Positions 17,850-26,491 of a stretch of 64,000 nucleotides of DNA are shown here, piece after piece. A program made the translations under genes and the position numbers. The stretch comes from an uncultured Pseudomonadota bacterium (GTDB taxonomy: Bacteria > Pseudomonadota > Alphaproteobacteria > JACZXZ01): contig CAVVLJ010000021.1 of the NCBI GenBank assembly GCA_963749075.1, positions 512,001-576,000 of the forward strand, in the 5' to 3' direction. The notes beneath the pieces were generated by a model, which saw nothing but the letters and a program-made list of their open reading frames with translations, ran no database searches and had not been told where the DNA came from. Within the stretch, counting starts at the first letter, position 1; every line of letters starts with the position of its first letter.

Positions 17850-18703
17850 CTGCCCTCGCCCGACCGGCCATCGACGGCGACACGCTGATCTTCGCCACGC
17901 CCGGAGATCCGGTTTCCCAGCTGCGCCTCCCCCTCGTCATGGGCCCGGTCTTTGCGGCACTCGCCATCAACGCGGTCTGGCTGCCGCTTCACGTCGACCG
18001 CGCCGGCTTGGCACTCGTGCTGCAAGCGCTGCGCGCGGTGCGCAACTTCAAGGGCATCACCGTCGCCATCCCCTATAAGACGGCGATCGCGGGCATGGTC
18101 GACCGGCTCTCCAGCCGCGCCCGGGCGGCGGGAACGGTGAACCTCGTGCGGCTCGAGGCGGACGGCGGACTTTACGGCGACATGACGGACGGCGCCGGTT
18201 TCGTGCGCGGCCTCGACATCCAAGGCTATGCGCCGCGCGGGGCCAAGGCGTGGGTCGTCGGCGCCGGCGGGGCCGGGGCTGCCATCGCCTCGGCGCTCGC
18301 CGCGGCCGGGGTCGATCGGCTCTATCTCACCGAGGTCGACCCGGCGCGCGGTGCCGCCGTCGTCGAGCGCCTCGGCGCGCACCACCCCGGCGTGCCGGTC
18401 GCCCTTGTCGCGGCACCCCCCGAGCCCGTCGATCTCGCCGTCAATGCCACACCTTGCGGCCTCAAGGCGGACGATCCCCTGCCCTTCGACCCGGCAGCAC
18501 TCCCCGTCGAGGCGATGGTGTGCGACATCGTCATGAAGCCCAAGGAGACGGCCCTCTTGAGAGCGGCCAGGGCGCTCGGCCTCCGCATCCATCACGGCCA
18601 CCACACCCTCGACAGCCAGATTCCCATGTACCTGAGCTTTTTCGGCTTTCCCGTCGCGGACGAGCACGCCATGATCGCTCTCGCAAGCCGCATTGCGGCA
18701 TAG
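17846..18703 (+). CDS. Shikimate dehydrogenase family protein
   Basis: GITVAIPYK, AGTVN, DMTDG.GF, VGAGGAG and VNATP motifs. Confidence 0.85.
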   Translation: MTALARPAIDGDTLIFATPGDPVSQLRLPLVMGPVFAALAINAVWLPLHVDRAGLALVLQALRAVRNFKGITVAIPYKTAIAGMVDRLSSRARAAGTVNLVRLEADGGLYGDMTDGAGFVRGLDIQGYAPRGAKAWVVGAGGAGAAIASALAAAGVDRLYLTEVDPARGAAVVERLGAHHPGVPVALVAAPPEPVDLAVNATPCGLKADDPLPFDPAALPVEAMVCDIVMKPKETALLRAARALGLRIHHGHHTLDSQIPMYLSFFGFPVADEHAMIALASRIAA

Positions 18704-18774
18704 CGAGCGGGCGGCAGCCGGGCGCCGGCCGACGGGTACCAAGAGAATCCGGCGGGGAGGACTGCGACGGCGCC

Positions 18775-19653
18775 ATGGCCGGCCTGCTGCAATTGCTGAT
18801 CTCCGGCCTTGCCTCGGGCGCCATCTACGCGCTCGTGGCGATCGGCTTCACGCTCCTCTGGCAGACCTCCCAGACCATCAACTTCGCCCAGGGCGAGTTC
18901 GTCATGCTGCCGGCCTTCTTCGTGCTCGCCGCCATGAGGTTCCTCGGTCTCGGCCTGTGGACGGCGCTCGCCTTCGGGCTCGTCGTCTCGCTCGTCCTCC
19001 TCGGCGCCATCTTCAAGAAGCTCCTCGTCGACCCGCTCCTGCGCCACGGCGTGCTGCCGCTCGTCATCGCCACCATCGGCCTCTCGATCTTCTCCAAGGA
19101 GGCGGTCAAGACCTTCTACAGCGGCGAGGCGCAGCGCTTCCCCGAGCTCGTCTCGGCCGGCACGATGCACTTGGGCGGCGCCGTGCTCTCGCTGCAGGAC
19201 ATCCTGGTGCTAGCGGTCGCGGTCGCCGCCGTGATTTCCCTGCAGCTCTTCCTCGCGCGCACCGAGACCGGCCGCGCCATGCAGGCGACGGCGCAGAACC
19301 GCACCGTTGCCGCCATCCTCGGCATCGCGGTCGAGCGCATGATCCTCTATACCTTCCTCCTCAACGCAGCACTGGTCTTCCTGGCCTCGGTCCTCATCAG
19401 CCCGATCTATCTCGCGAAGTTCGACAACGGCGACACGCTCGGCCTCGTCGCCTTCACCGCGGCCATCATCGGCGGCTTCAACCAGGTGCGCGGCGCCATC
19501 GCCGGCGGCTTCATCATCGGCATCGCCGACAATCTCACGGCGGCCTACATCTCGACCCAGTACCGCACCGCGGTACCGCTCCTTCTCCTCGTCGCGGTGA
19601 TCATTTTGAGGCCGCGCGGCATCTTGGGCCGCGTCGAGGAGCGCGCGGCATGA
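18775..19653 (+). CDS. Branched-chain amino acid ABC permease (LivH-like)
   Basis: GAIYALVAIGFTL, INFAQGEF, GRAMQATAQN and RPRGILG motifs. Confidence 0.92.
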   Translation: MAGLLQLLISGLASGAIYALVAIGFTLLWQTSQTINFAQGEFVMLPAFFVLAAMRFLGLGLWTALAFGLVVSLVLLGAIFKKLLVDPLLRHGVLPLVIATIGLSIFSKEAVKTFYSGEAQRFPELVSAGTMHLGGAVLSLQDILVLAVAVAAVISLQLFLARTETGRAMQATAQNRTVAAILGIAVERMILYTFLLNAALVFLASVLISPIYLAKFDNGDTLGLVAFTAAIIGGFNQVRGAIAGGFIIGIADNLTAAYISTQYRTAVPLLLLVAVIILRPRGILGRVEERAA

Positions 19654-20642
19654 GCGGCCGCCGCCGCCTCTGGGCCGGCGCCGCGGGAGCGGCGGCGCTC
19701 GTCTTTCTCGTAGCGCTGCCCCACGCGCTCAAGCCTTACGGCATCTATCTCCTGAGCCGCTGGGCCGTGCTCGCCATCGCGGCGATCGGCCTCAACCTGA
19801 CGCTCGGCTATGCCGGCCAGGTGTCGCTCGCGCAAGGAGCCTTCGTCGGCATCGGCGCCTATACGACGGCGCTTCTCGTGACCCACGGCTGGCCCTTCTG
19901 GTCGGCGCTTGCCGCCTCGAGCGGCCTTGCCTTCGCCGTCGGCTGGGCGCTCGGCTACCCCGCGCTGCGCGTGCAGCACCATTATCTCGCCTTCGTGACG
20001 CTCGCCTTCACGACGCTCGCCTTCCTCGTCTTCCGCAACGAGAGCTGGCTCACCGGCGGCGTCTACGGCATCAGCCGCATCCCGCGGCCGAGCCTCTTAG
20101 GCTCGCCTCTGGACGCGCCGATCGCTTATTTCTATTTCTGCCTCGCGGCCCTTCTCGCCGTGCTTGCCGGCACCTGGTGGATGATCCGCTCGCCCTGGGG
20201 CCGCGCCTTCATCGCACTCCGGGAGAACGCGCGGCGGGCGATCAGCCTCGGCGTCGACACGCGCGCCTATACGCTGCTCTCCTTCGCCCTCGGTGCCGCC
20301 TTGGGCGGCGTCGCCGGCGCCTTCTATGCGCCGCTCGTGCAATTCATCGATCCCGCCTCCTTCACGCTTCAGCAGTCGCTCGAGCTTCTGCTGATGGTCG
20401 TGGTCGGCGGCTCCGGCTATTTCTTCGGCCCGCTCGTGGGCGCCATGGTCGCTGTCCTCTTGCCCGAATGGCTGCGCATCGCCGACAGCTACTATCTCAT
20501 GGCCTATGCCGGGCTCGTGATGCTCCTCATGGTGTTCTGCCCCTCCGGCATCCTCGGGCTCTTCGAGCGCGCGCTCCGCACCCTCGGCGGCGGCTTGCCC
20601 CCGGCCGGCGCCGCGGCGCTTCGAGGGGAGCCGCAGCCGTGA
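19650..20642 (+). CDS. Branched-chain amino acid ABC permease (LivM-like)
   Basis: GYAGQVSLAQGAFVGIGAY, SPWGRAFIALREN and VVGGSG motifs; ATGA overlap with the upstream gene. Confidence 0.92.
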   Translation: MSGRRRLWAGAAGAAALVFLVALPHALKPYGIYLLSRWAVLAIAAIGLNLTLGYAGQVSLAQGAFVGIGAYTTALLVTHGWPFWSALAASSGLAFAVGWALGYPALRVQHHYLAFVTLAFTTLAFLVFRNESWLTGGVYGISRIPRPSLLGSPLDAPIAYFYFCLAALLAVLAGTWWMIRSPWGRAFIALRENARRAISLGVDTRAYTLLSFALGAALGGVAGAFYAPLVQFIDPASFTLQQSLELLLMVVVGGSGYFFGPLVGAMVAVLLPEWLRIADSYYLMAYAGLVMLLMVFCPSGILGLFERALRTLGGGLPPAGAAALRGEPQP

Positions 20643-21382
20643 GCGCCGTCCTCGAGGTCAGGGGCTTGCGCAAGCGCTTCGGCGGAATTGCCGCCGTCGA
20701 CGGCGTCTCGCTCAGGGTCGAGGAGGGCGAGATCGTCGGCGTCATCGGGCCCAACGGCAGTGGCAAATCGACGCTCTTCGACTGCATCCTCGGCCAATTG
20801 AGCCCAAGTGAGGGCGAGGTGCGCATCGACGACCGCGACGTGACGGGCATGCGGCCCTGCGAGCTCAACCGCCTCGGCGTCAGCCGCACCTTCCAGATGC
20901 TGCAGGTCTTCCCGCAGCTGAGCGTGCGCGAGAACCTCATCCTCGCAGGGCAGGAGCACCGCGGCACCATGCTCTCGCGCCTGATCGGCGCGCGCGACGC
21001 GGGGCTCGGCGAGGCGGCCCAACGCATGATCGAATTCTTCCGCCTGGAGCGCGTCGCCCGCAACTTCGCAGGCGAGCTCAGCTACGGGCAGCAGAAGCTG
21101 CTCGACGTGGCCATGGCCTTCATGTCGGGGCCGCGGCTCGTGCTGCTCGACGAGCCGGCGAGCGGCGTCAACCTCACCATGCTGTCCGAAATGCGCGAGC
21201 GCCTCGGCGAGATCAACCGCGAGCGCCGCGCCACCTTCGTGGTGATCGAGCACAACATGGAGTTCGTCATGTCGCTCTGCTCGCGCCTCTTGGTATTGGC
21301 CGAGGGGCGCATCATCGCCGAGGGCGAGCCCGCCGCCATCCACGCGAACCCGCAGGTCATCGAGGCCTATCTTGGCCACTGA
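20639..21382 (+). CDS. ABC transporter ATP-binding protein (LivG-like)
   Basis: GPNGSGKST, LSYGQQK, LLDEP, IEHNM and VIEAYLG motifs. Confidence 0.93.
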   Translation: MSAVLEVRGLRKRFGGIAAVDGVSLRVEEGEIVGVIGPNGSGKSTLFDCILGQLSPSEGEVRIDDRDVTGMRPCELNRLGVSRTFQMLQVFPQLSVRENLILAGQEHRGTMLSRLIGARDAGLGEAAQRMIEFFRLERVARNFAGELSYGQQKLLDVAMAFMSGPRLVLLDEPASGVNLTMLSEMRERLGEINRERRATFVVIEHNMEFVMSLCSRLLVLAEGRIIAEGEPAAIHANPQVIEAYLGH

Positions 21383-22115
21383 CGCCATCCTCGAGTTGGC
21401 CGGCGTGGTCGCCGGCTACGGCCAGATGACGGTGCTCAACGGCACCTCGTTCCGCGTGCGGCGCGGGGCGATCACCACCATCATCGGCCCCAACGGCGCC
21501 GGCAAGTCGACGGTGTTCAAGGCGGTGTTCGGCCTGCTCAAGGTGGCAAGCGGCCGCGTCGCCTTCGCCGGCCGCGATATCACGAACAAGCGGCCGCGCG
21601 AGCTCCTCGGCCTCGGCATCGCCTACGTGCCGCAGGGTCGCAACATCTTCCCCGAGCTCTCGGTGCGCCACAACCTCGAGCTCGGCGGCGTCATGGCGCG
21701 CGACCGCACCAAGCTCCGCGCCCGCATCGAAGCGGCGCTCGAGCGCTTCCCGATGCTGCGCCGCAAGGCGGCCGCCCAGGCCTCGACCTTGAGCGGCGGC
21801 GAGCAGAAGCTCCTCGAGATCGCGCGCGGCCTCCTCCTCGAGCCCCAGCTCGTCCTCATCGACGAACCCTCGATCGGCCTCTCGCCCAAGCTCGTGGGCG
21901 AGGTGCTCGGCATCGTGCGGGACTTGCGCCGCTCCGGCGTCACCATCCTCATGGTCGAGCAGAACGCCAAGAGCGCCCTCGAGATCTCCGACGACGGCAT
22001 CGTGCTCGAGCTCGGCCGCGTCCGCCTCGAGGACGGCGCACGCGCCATCCTCCATGACCCGCGCATCGTCGACCTCTTCCTCGGCGGCACCACGCGCGAG
22101 GCGGGGGTGGGGTGA
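21372..22115 (+). CDS. ABC transporter ATP-binding protein (LivF-like)
   Basis: GPNGAGKST, VPQGRNIF, LSGGEQ, DEPSIGLSP and VEQN motifs. Confidence 0.93.
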   Translation: MATDAILELAGVVAGYGQMTVLNGTSFRVRRGAITTIIGPNGAGKSTVFKAVFGLLKVASGRVAFAGRDITNKRPRELLGLGIAYVPQGRNIFPELSVRHNLELGGVMARDRTKLRARIEAALERFPMLRRKAAAQASTLSGGEQKLLEIARGLLLEPQLVLIDEPSIGLSPKLVGEVLGIVRDLRRSGVTILMVEQNAKSALEISDDGIVLELGRVRLEDGARAILHDPRIVDLFLGGTTREAGVG

Positions 22116-22142
22116 GCGGGAGCCGGCCACGAGGTTGCGGCC

Positions 22143-22179
22143 TTGACGTTGCGGCAGTCGTACGGATATAGTCCGTACG
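22143..22179 (+). promoter_or_regulatory. Sigma70-type promoter with overlapping operator palindrome for the DUF1778-GNAT module
   Basis: TTGACG at 22143 and TATAGT at 22167 (18-bp spacer); perfect inverted repeat CGTACGGA-N5-TCCGTACG (22159-22179) straddling the -10. Confidence 0.7.
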
Positions 22180-22204
22180 CGCACACAGGATTACGGAGCC
22201 GGCC

Positions 22205-22483
22205 ATGTCGGTGACGGATGCGGCCCGCGGCGACCGGATCGAGTTGCGGGCGACGAAGGAGGAAAAGCGGATTCTGGCGGCGGCCGCAGCTTATGAGCGG
22301 CTGGATATGACCAGCTTCATCATGCGGAACGTGCTCCCTGCCGCGCGCGACGTGGTGGACCGTGCCGAGCGCATCGTGCTCTCGGCGCGCGACACGGCGC
22401 GCGTGCTGGCGTTGCTCGAGAATCCGCCCAAGCCGCCGCCTGCTCTCATGGCTGCCGCGCGCCGGCGTCACGCCCGGGGGTGA
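22205..22483 (+). CDS. DUF1778 RHH antitoxin (TacA/AtaR-like)
   Basis: RIELRAT.EEK..L..AA......TSFI...ERIVLS......LLENPPKP..AL pattern. Confidence 0.88.
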   Translation: MSVTDAARGDRIELRATKEEKRILAAAAAYERLDMTSFIMRNVLPAARDVVDRAERIVLSARDTARVLALLENPPKPPPALMAAARRRHARG

Positions 22484-23016
22484 TCTCCCTGCCGCCTTGG
22501 CGGGAGGAGCCCATCGCGCGGCATCATGACCGCAAGGCCTTCGATTGCGGCTCGCGCGAGCTCAATGACTATCTCGAGCGCTATGCCCGGCAGAATCACG
22601 AGTTCGGCGGCGCCAAGACCTTTGTAGCGGCGTCCGCGGCCGAGCCGTCTCGCATCCTCGGCTTCTATTCGATCAGCCCCGGCGCCGTCGAGTTTGCCCG
22701 CGTGCCGGCGAAACTGACCAGGAAGCTCGGCCGCTACGATGTGCCGGTCTTTCGCCTCGCACGGCTGGCGATCGATCTGGCCGTACAGGGCCGCGGGCTT
22801 GGCGGCGATCTGCTGCTGGCGGCCGGCGAGCGGGCATTGGCCGTCTCGGCCGAGGTCGGCGGCATCGCACTTGCCATCGACGCGAAGGACGGCAATGCCG
22901 TACGCTGGTACGAGCGCTTCGGCGCTCTCCCGCTTCTGGACGACCCGCTCAAGCTGATCCTTCCGCTCGGCATCATCGCCGATGCGATCAGGACGGCCGG
23001 GAAGCGGCAACGCTGA
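22480..23016 (+). CDS. GNAT acetyltransferase toxin (TacT/AtaT-like)
   Basis: HDRKAFDCG..ELNDYL, GFYSI, LARLAID...QGRGLG and IDAKD.....WYERFG motifs; GTGA overlap with the antitoxin. Confidence 0.9.
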   Translation: MISLPPWREEPIARHHDRKAFDCGSRELNDYLERYARQNHEFGGAKTFVAASAAEPSRILGFYSISPGAVEFARVPAKLTRKLGRYDVPVFRLARLAIDLAVQGRGLGGDLLLAAGERALAVSAEVGGIALAIDAKDGNAVRWYERFGALPLLDDPLKLILPLGIIADAIRTAGKRQR

Positions 23017-23049
23017 AGCGATGGCTCCTTGGCGCGCTGCCTCGCCGTT

Positions 23050-24198
23050 TCACTTGATCGGCCCGGAGAGCGGCGGCAGCGTGCGGAAGATCACCTGCTT
23101 GCCGCCCTTGACCTCGACCATGTAGCTCTCGCGGTCGACGTCGCCGTTCTGGTCGTAGGCGGTGTCGACGAGGAGGCCGGGATAGGTCTTGGTCGAGAGC
23201 CGCGCGCCGCGCAGCGTCGCGGCGAAGAGCTTGCGGTCGAACTTGCCCATCTTCTCGGTGATGACCTTGATGAGCTGGATCGCGTAATAGCCCTTGATGC
23301 CGTTGTGGTCGGTCTCGAAGCCGTATTCCTTCTTGAATTTCGCGGCAAAGGCTTTGATCAGCGGGTTCGGCACGTCGGCGCTGAGCCCGACATGTCCGAT
23401 GGCGCCCTCGGCCGCCGGTCCCGCGAGCTGGATCACCTTGGCGCTGATCAGCACGGTCTCGCCGAAGCGCGGCTTGTCGTAGCCCTGCTTCTTGAGCTCG
23501 GTCAGGAGGCGCGCCAATTCCTCCTCGTTGAGGTAGGAGAAGACCGCGTCGGCGCCCGACTTGATGACCGCGAGGGCCACGTTCGAGAAGTCGAGCTGGC
23601 CCTGCTCGGTCGAGATGTCGGCAAGCACCTTGATGCCGTCCTTGGCGAGTGCCGGAAGCATGATGTCCTGGCTGTCGCGGCCGTAGTCGTTGTTGACCCA
23701 CACGACCGCGATGGTCTTGAGCTTCACGTCCTTGGCGAAATAGGCGGCGAGCGGGGGCAGGCCCGCGGCCTGGCTGAGCGAGGTGCGGAAGGTATAATGA
23801 TAGCCCTGCTTGGTGAGCGGCGCCGCCTCCCCGCCCATGATCTGCGGGATCTGGGCCTGCTCGACCTCGGGCATGGTCACCATCACGTCGCCCGAGAAGA
23901 TCGGCCCGATGATCGCGTAGGGATCCTCGTCGATGGCCTTGGCGACCACGGCCTTGGCGACGCCGGCGTTGCTCTGGTTGTCGATGTGGGTGAGGTTGAT
24001 CTTGCGGCCGAGGATGCCGCCCTGGGCGTTGATCTCGGCCACCGCCATATCGGCGCCCTTCTGCCAGTTGAGGCCGGAGGCAGCGCCGGGGCCCGAGAGC
24101 TCGACGGTATCGATGATCTTGACCTCTTGCTGGGCAAGAGCAGGCGCCGCCGCGGCGGCGAGGGCAGCCGCAACGAGGAAAGCCAGGCTACGGTTCAT
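23050..24198 (-). CDS. ABC transporter substrate-binding protein (LivK/J family)
   Basis: Signal peptide; EINAQGGILGRKI, YTFRTS and NNDYGR motifs; GGGAGG RBS. Confidence 0.9.
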   Translation of the reverse strand: MNRSLAFLVAAALAAAAAPALAQQEVKIIDTVELSGPGAASGLNWQKGADMAVAEINAQGGILGRKINLTHIDNQSNAGVAKAVVAKAIDEDPYAIIGPIFSGDVMVTMPEVEQAQIPQIMGGEAAPLTKQGYHYTFRTSLSQAAGLPPLAAYFAKDVKLKTIAVVWVNNDYGRDSQDIMLPALAKDGIKVLADISTEQGQLDFSNVALAVIKSGADAVFSYLNEEELARLLTELKKQGYDKPRFGETVLISAKVIQLAGPAAEGAIGHVGLSADVPNPLIKAFAAKFKKEYGFETDHNGIKGYYAIQLIKVITEKMGKFDRKLFAATLRGARLSTKTYPGLLVDTAYDQNGDVDRESYMVEVKGGKQVIFRTLPPLSGPIK

Positions 24199-24309
24199 CG
24201 CATCCTCCCGATGTGGAGCGAGGCTGCCCCGGAATCGGCGGAGACGCCCGTCGCTCTTTTGGCGAGCCCTTCGCGGCTCGCATTCATTCAAGCCTAGCAC
24301 CTGTGATCC

Positions 24310-24337
24310 GCTTTCGGAAGGTGCCCTACGCCGACAC
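24310..24337 (-). repeat. Single 28-bp cassette-type site just downstream of vapC
   Basis: Minus strand gtgtcggcgta-GGGCAC-cttccgaaagc, resembling atgtctgctta-TGGCAC-cttgcggcggt; 7 bp from the vapC stop. Confidence 0.5.
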
Positions 24338-24344
24338 TCCTGCG

Positions 24345-24791
24345 TCACGTGTGCCCGCCACCGATCAGCGGGTTCACCACCGCGAGCCCCGAAAAACGGC
24401 TGAAGTCTCGATCTGCAGACCATAGCTCGCGCACGCCATGCTGCCGGCAGAGCGCCGCAACCCGCGCGTCATGGACCTGTGCTCCGGCAACGCGGCCGCC
24501 CATGAGCAGCGCGCGCAACGTCGTCCAGTGCGCCGTCGACTCGGCCAAGAGCGCCAGCGTCGGCGATTCAAGCCATGCTTCCACCTGGTCCAGGGCCTTG
24601 GCCAGCGGTGTGGGCGGCGCGTAAATGCGTGGATGCGTCACAATGGCGAGGAACTCATGCAGGCACGGCCAGGGAATGGCCCAGCTCGCCGGCCCTTCGG
24701 CAAGCTCCGCCACGCGCCGGAAGGCCACGTCGTGGAACGGCGAATCTTCGCGATGCGCGTAGACGAGAACGTTGGTGTCGACGGCGATCAC
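24345..24791 (-). CDS. vapC: VapC-family PIN-domain toxin
   Basis: IAVDTNVLVYAH...EFLAIVTHPRI...VHDARVAA...SADRDFSRF. Confidence 0.9.
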   Translation of the reverse strand: MIAVDTNVLVYAHREDSPFHDVAFRRVAELAEGPASWAIPWPCLHEFLAIVTHPRIYAPPTPLAKALDQVEAWLESPTLALLAESTAHWTTLRALLMGGRVAGAQVHDARVAALCRQHGVRELWSADRDFSRFSGLAVVNPLIGGGHT

Positions 24792-25033
24792 GCGCCGCGG
24801 CCCTCGTAGGCAAGCTCGCGCACCTTCTCCCATGACGCCTCGCCGAGAGCCGCCTGCCGCCCCTTGCCCTTGAAGCTGGCCCGGCGCAGCTTGAACGGCG
24901 GGCCGCGCTTCGTCTCGGCGACGACCCGATGAAGCCCGCGTTCCACCAGCGTGCGCAGCGTAACGCCTTCGCGGGCCGCGATCTTGCGGGCCTCGCGCAA
25001 CAGCGAATCGGAAATCTCCACGGTTGTCTTCAC
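24788..25033 (-). CDS. vapB: VapB-family antitoxin
   Basis: KTTVEISDSLLREARKIA..EG.TLR.LVERGL (RHH-like); overlaps the vapC start. Confidence 0.85.
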   Translation of the reverse strand: MKTTVEISDSLLREARKIAAREGVTLRTLVERGLHRVVAETKRGPPFKLRRASFKGKGRQAALGEASWEKVRELAYEGRGA

Positions 25034-25109
25034 GGGACCCATCCTTATGGGAGCCTGAATACGGCTCCCCATATATAAATCGGAAACCGCTGCAGGACAA
25101 GCCCAAACG

Positions 25110-25275
25110 GCCGCGCGCCGCGCCTGGGAAAAATCTCGAGTGCCATGCAGGCGGCCTCGATCCGGTCGATCTAGGCTCCGGCAGCCTCGCCGCCCGCTTG
25201 CCCTGCGATATAGCGATAGAGCTCGAAGAGATCGGCTTCCGCGAGCGGACGAAAGCTAACGTTGAACCTCTTCAC
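25110..25275 (-). pseudogene. ParE/RelE toxin remnant (internal TAG, 3' truncated)
   Basis: VKRFNVSFRPLAEADLFELYRYIA...AGA*IDRIEAACMALEIFPRRG, after which family similarity stops; TAG at 25173-25171. Confidence 0.75.
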
Positions 25276-25542
25276 TCGGCCGACTCTTCGTCCGTTCCGC
25301 ATGATGCTTGCGCAAACGCTTGAAGACATCGCGGGCGGGCACATTCGGCCGGGGGCGGCGAAAGCTTCATCGACGCGGCGTCGCCGCGACTCGTTCAGCG
25401 CCGCCTCCTCGCGCTCAAGCGCGCGTACCGCCGCGCGCATGACCTCGCTTGTCGAGGTGTAAGCGCCGGACTTCACGCGGGCCTCCACGCGCTCCTGGAG
25501 GTCGCCGAGGGTGACGGTGATCGGGCGGCTCGTGCGAGGCAT
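25256..25542 (-). pseudogene. ParD antitoxin with a 1-nt frameshift near 25353
   Basis: MPRTSRPITVTLGDLQERVEARVKSGAYTSTSEVMRAAVRALERE; restoring one base gives ...PRPNVPARDVFKRLRKHH...* overlapping the parE start. Confidence 0.75.
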
Positions 25543-25794
25543 GGGGCGCGTCCTTCCGGTTGGCGCGGGAGACGATATGACAGTGTTATACAAGCGTTCC
25601 CGGGCACGCTCGGCAAGGGCGCCGCTTGTGGCGTGTCTATGCTAAGAGGATCACCGCCTCCCAAGGATTCTGGCTCAACTTCCCGTGGGGCCGCCGCTCC
25701 CGCGCAAGCTGTAGACACCGAATCCCGCCGTTGCTGCGCTTGATGCGGCGACCAGCGTACAACGCCGTTCGCTTTTCGAACGGATGAAGCGAAT

Positions 25795-26154
25795 TCACAC
25801 CGACCGCAGGGAGCGAGAACGGAACCGAGACTCTTCGACGACCGTATAGCGTCCAAAGAGGCTGTCGCCGAAGCGCTCAATGGCGGCCAGCAGTCGCGCC
25901 CCTTTGCGCGAGCGTAGCACCGGGTCGATGCGCAGAAGCACGATGCCGGGAATCGTCCTTGCTTGCCGGAAGACCAGGTCGCCGAAGTCCTTGTCTTCCG
26001 TCAGCAGCAGCCGGCCTTCGTCGTCAGCGCGCTTCAGGACCTCCACGTCGGTGGCGCGCGGCGCGATGTCCGACATGTAGACAACATCGTGCCCGGCCTC
26101 GCGTAGCCGCGCGGCCAGCGCCGCATCCACGCATTCATCAATCAGCCATCGCAC
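25795..26154 (-). CDS. DUF5615 PIN-like toxin (VapC45-like)
   Basis: MRWLIDECV...LREAGHDV...D..VL..A..EGR.LLTEDKDFGDL. Confidence 0.88.
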   Translation of the reverse strand: MRWLIDECVDAALAARLREAGHDVVYMSDIAPRATDVEVLKRADDEGRLLLTEDKDFGDLVFRQARTIPGIVLLRIDPVLRSRKGARLLAAIERFGDSLFGRYTVVEESRFRSRSLRSV

Positions 26155-26160
26155 GCTGCT

Positions 26161-26382
26161 TCAGCCATAGACGACAGCTTCATCGGCCAGATAGTCCGCG
26201 GCGAAGGCTTGCGCTGCGCGAATGTCGTCGAGCGTCAGCCGCGGATGCTCGCCGACGATCGCATCGGGGGCCATGCCGGCTCCGAGTTTGCGCAGAATGG
26301 TCTCGACCGGCACGCGCGTTCCACGGATCACCGGCTTGCCGCCCATGATCTCGGGATTTATCTCGATCCGCTCGTGCGTCAT
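26161..26382 (-). CDS. DUF433 antitoxin
   Basis: RIEINPEIMGGKPVIRGTRVPV..IL..L..G......HP.LT.DDIRAA. Confidence 0.9.
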   Translation of the reverse strand: MTHERIEINPEIMGGKPVIRGTRVPVETILRKLGAGMAPDAIVGEHPRLTLDDIRAAQAFAADYLADEAVVYG

Positions 26383-26491
26383 GGCTGGCTCCATCGCATG
26401 TCCCGCCGACGTGAAATGCGCGACCCGCTCTGAAACTAGGCAGGCTACGCCCCGCGGGTCCGTCGTTCAAGTCCGCCGCTGCAGCGCCTTC

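Noticed and set aside
25171-25593. Apparent natural ParD-ParE fusion protein
   Set aside because: Produced by a 1-nt loss in parD; parE also has a stop codon and is truncated, which points to decay or sequencing error.
26400-26490. Possible TGACCC-type partner site upstream of the DUF433 gene (CGACCC at 26421, GGGTCC at 26456)
   Set aside because: The flanking arms do not match the consensus.
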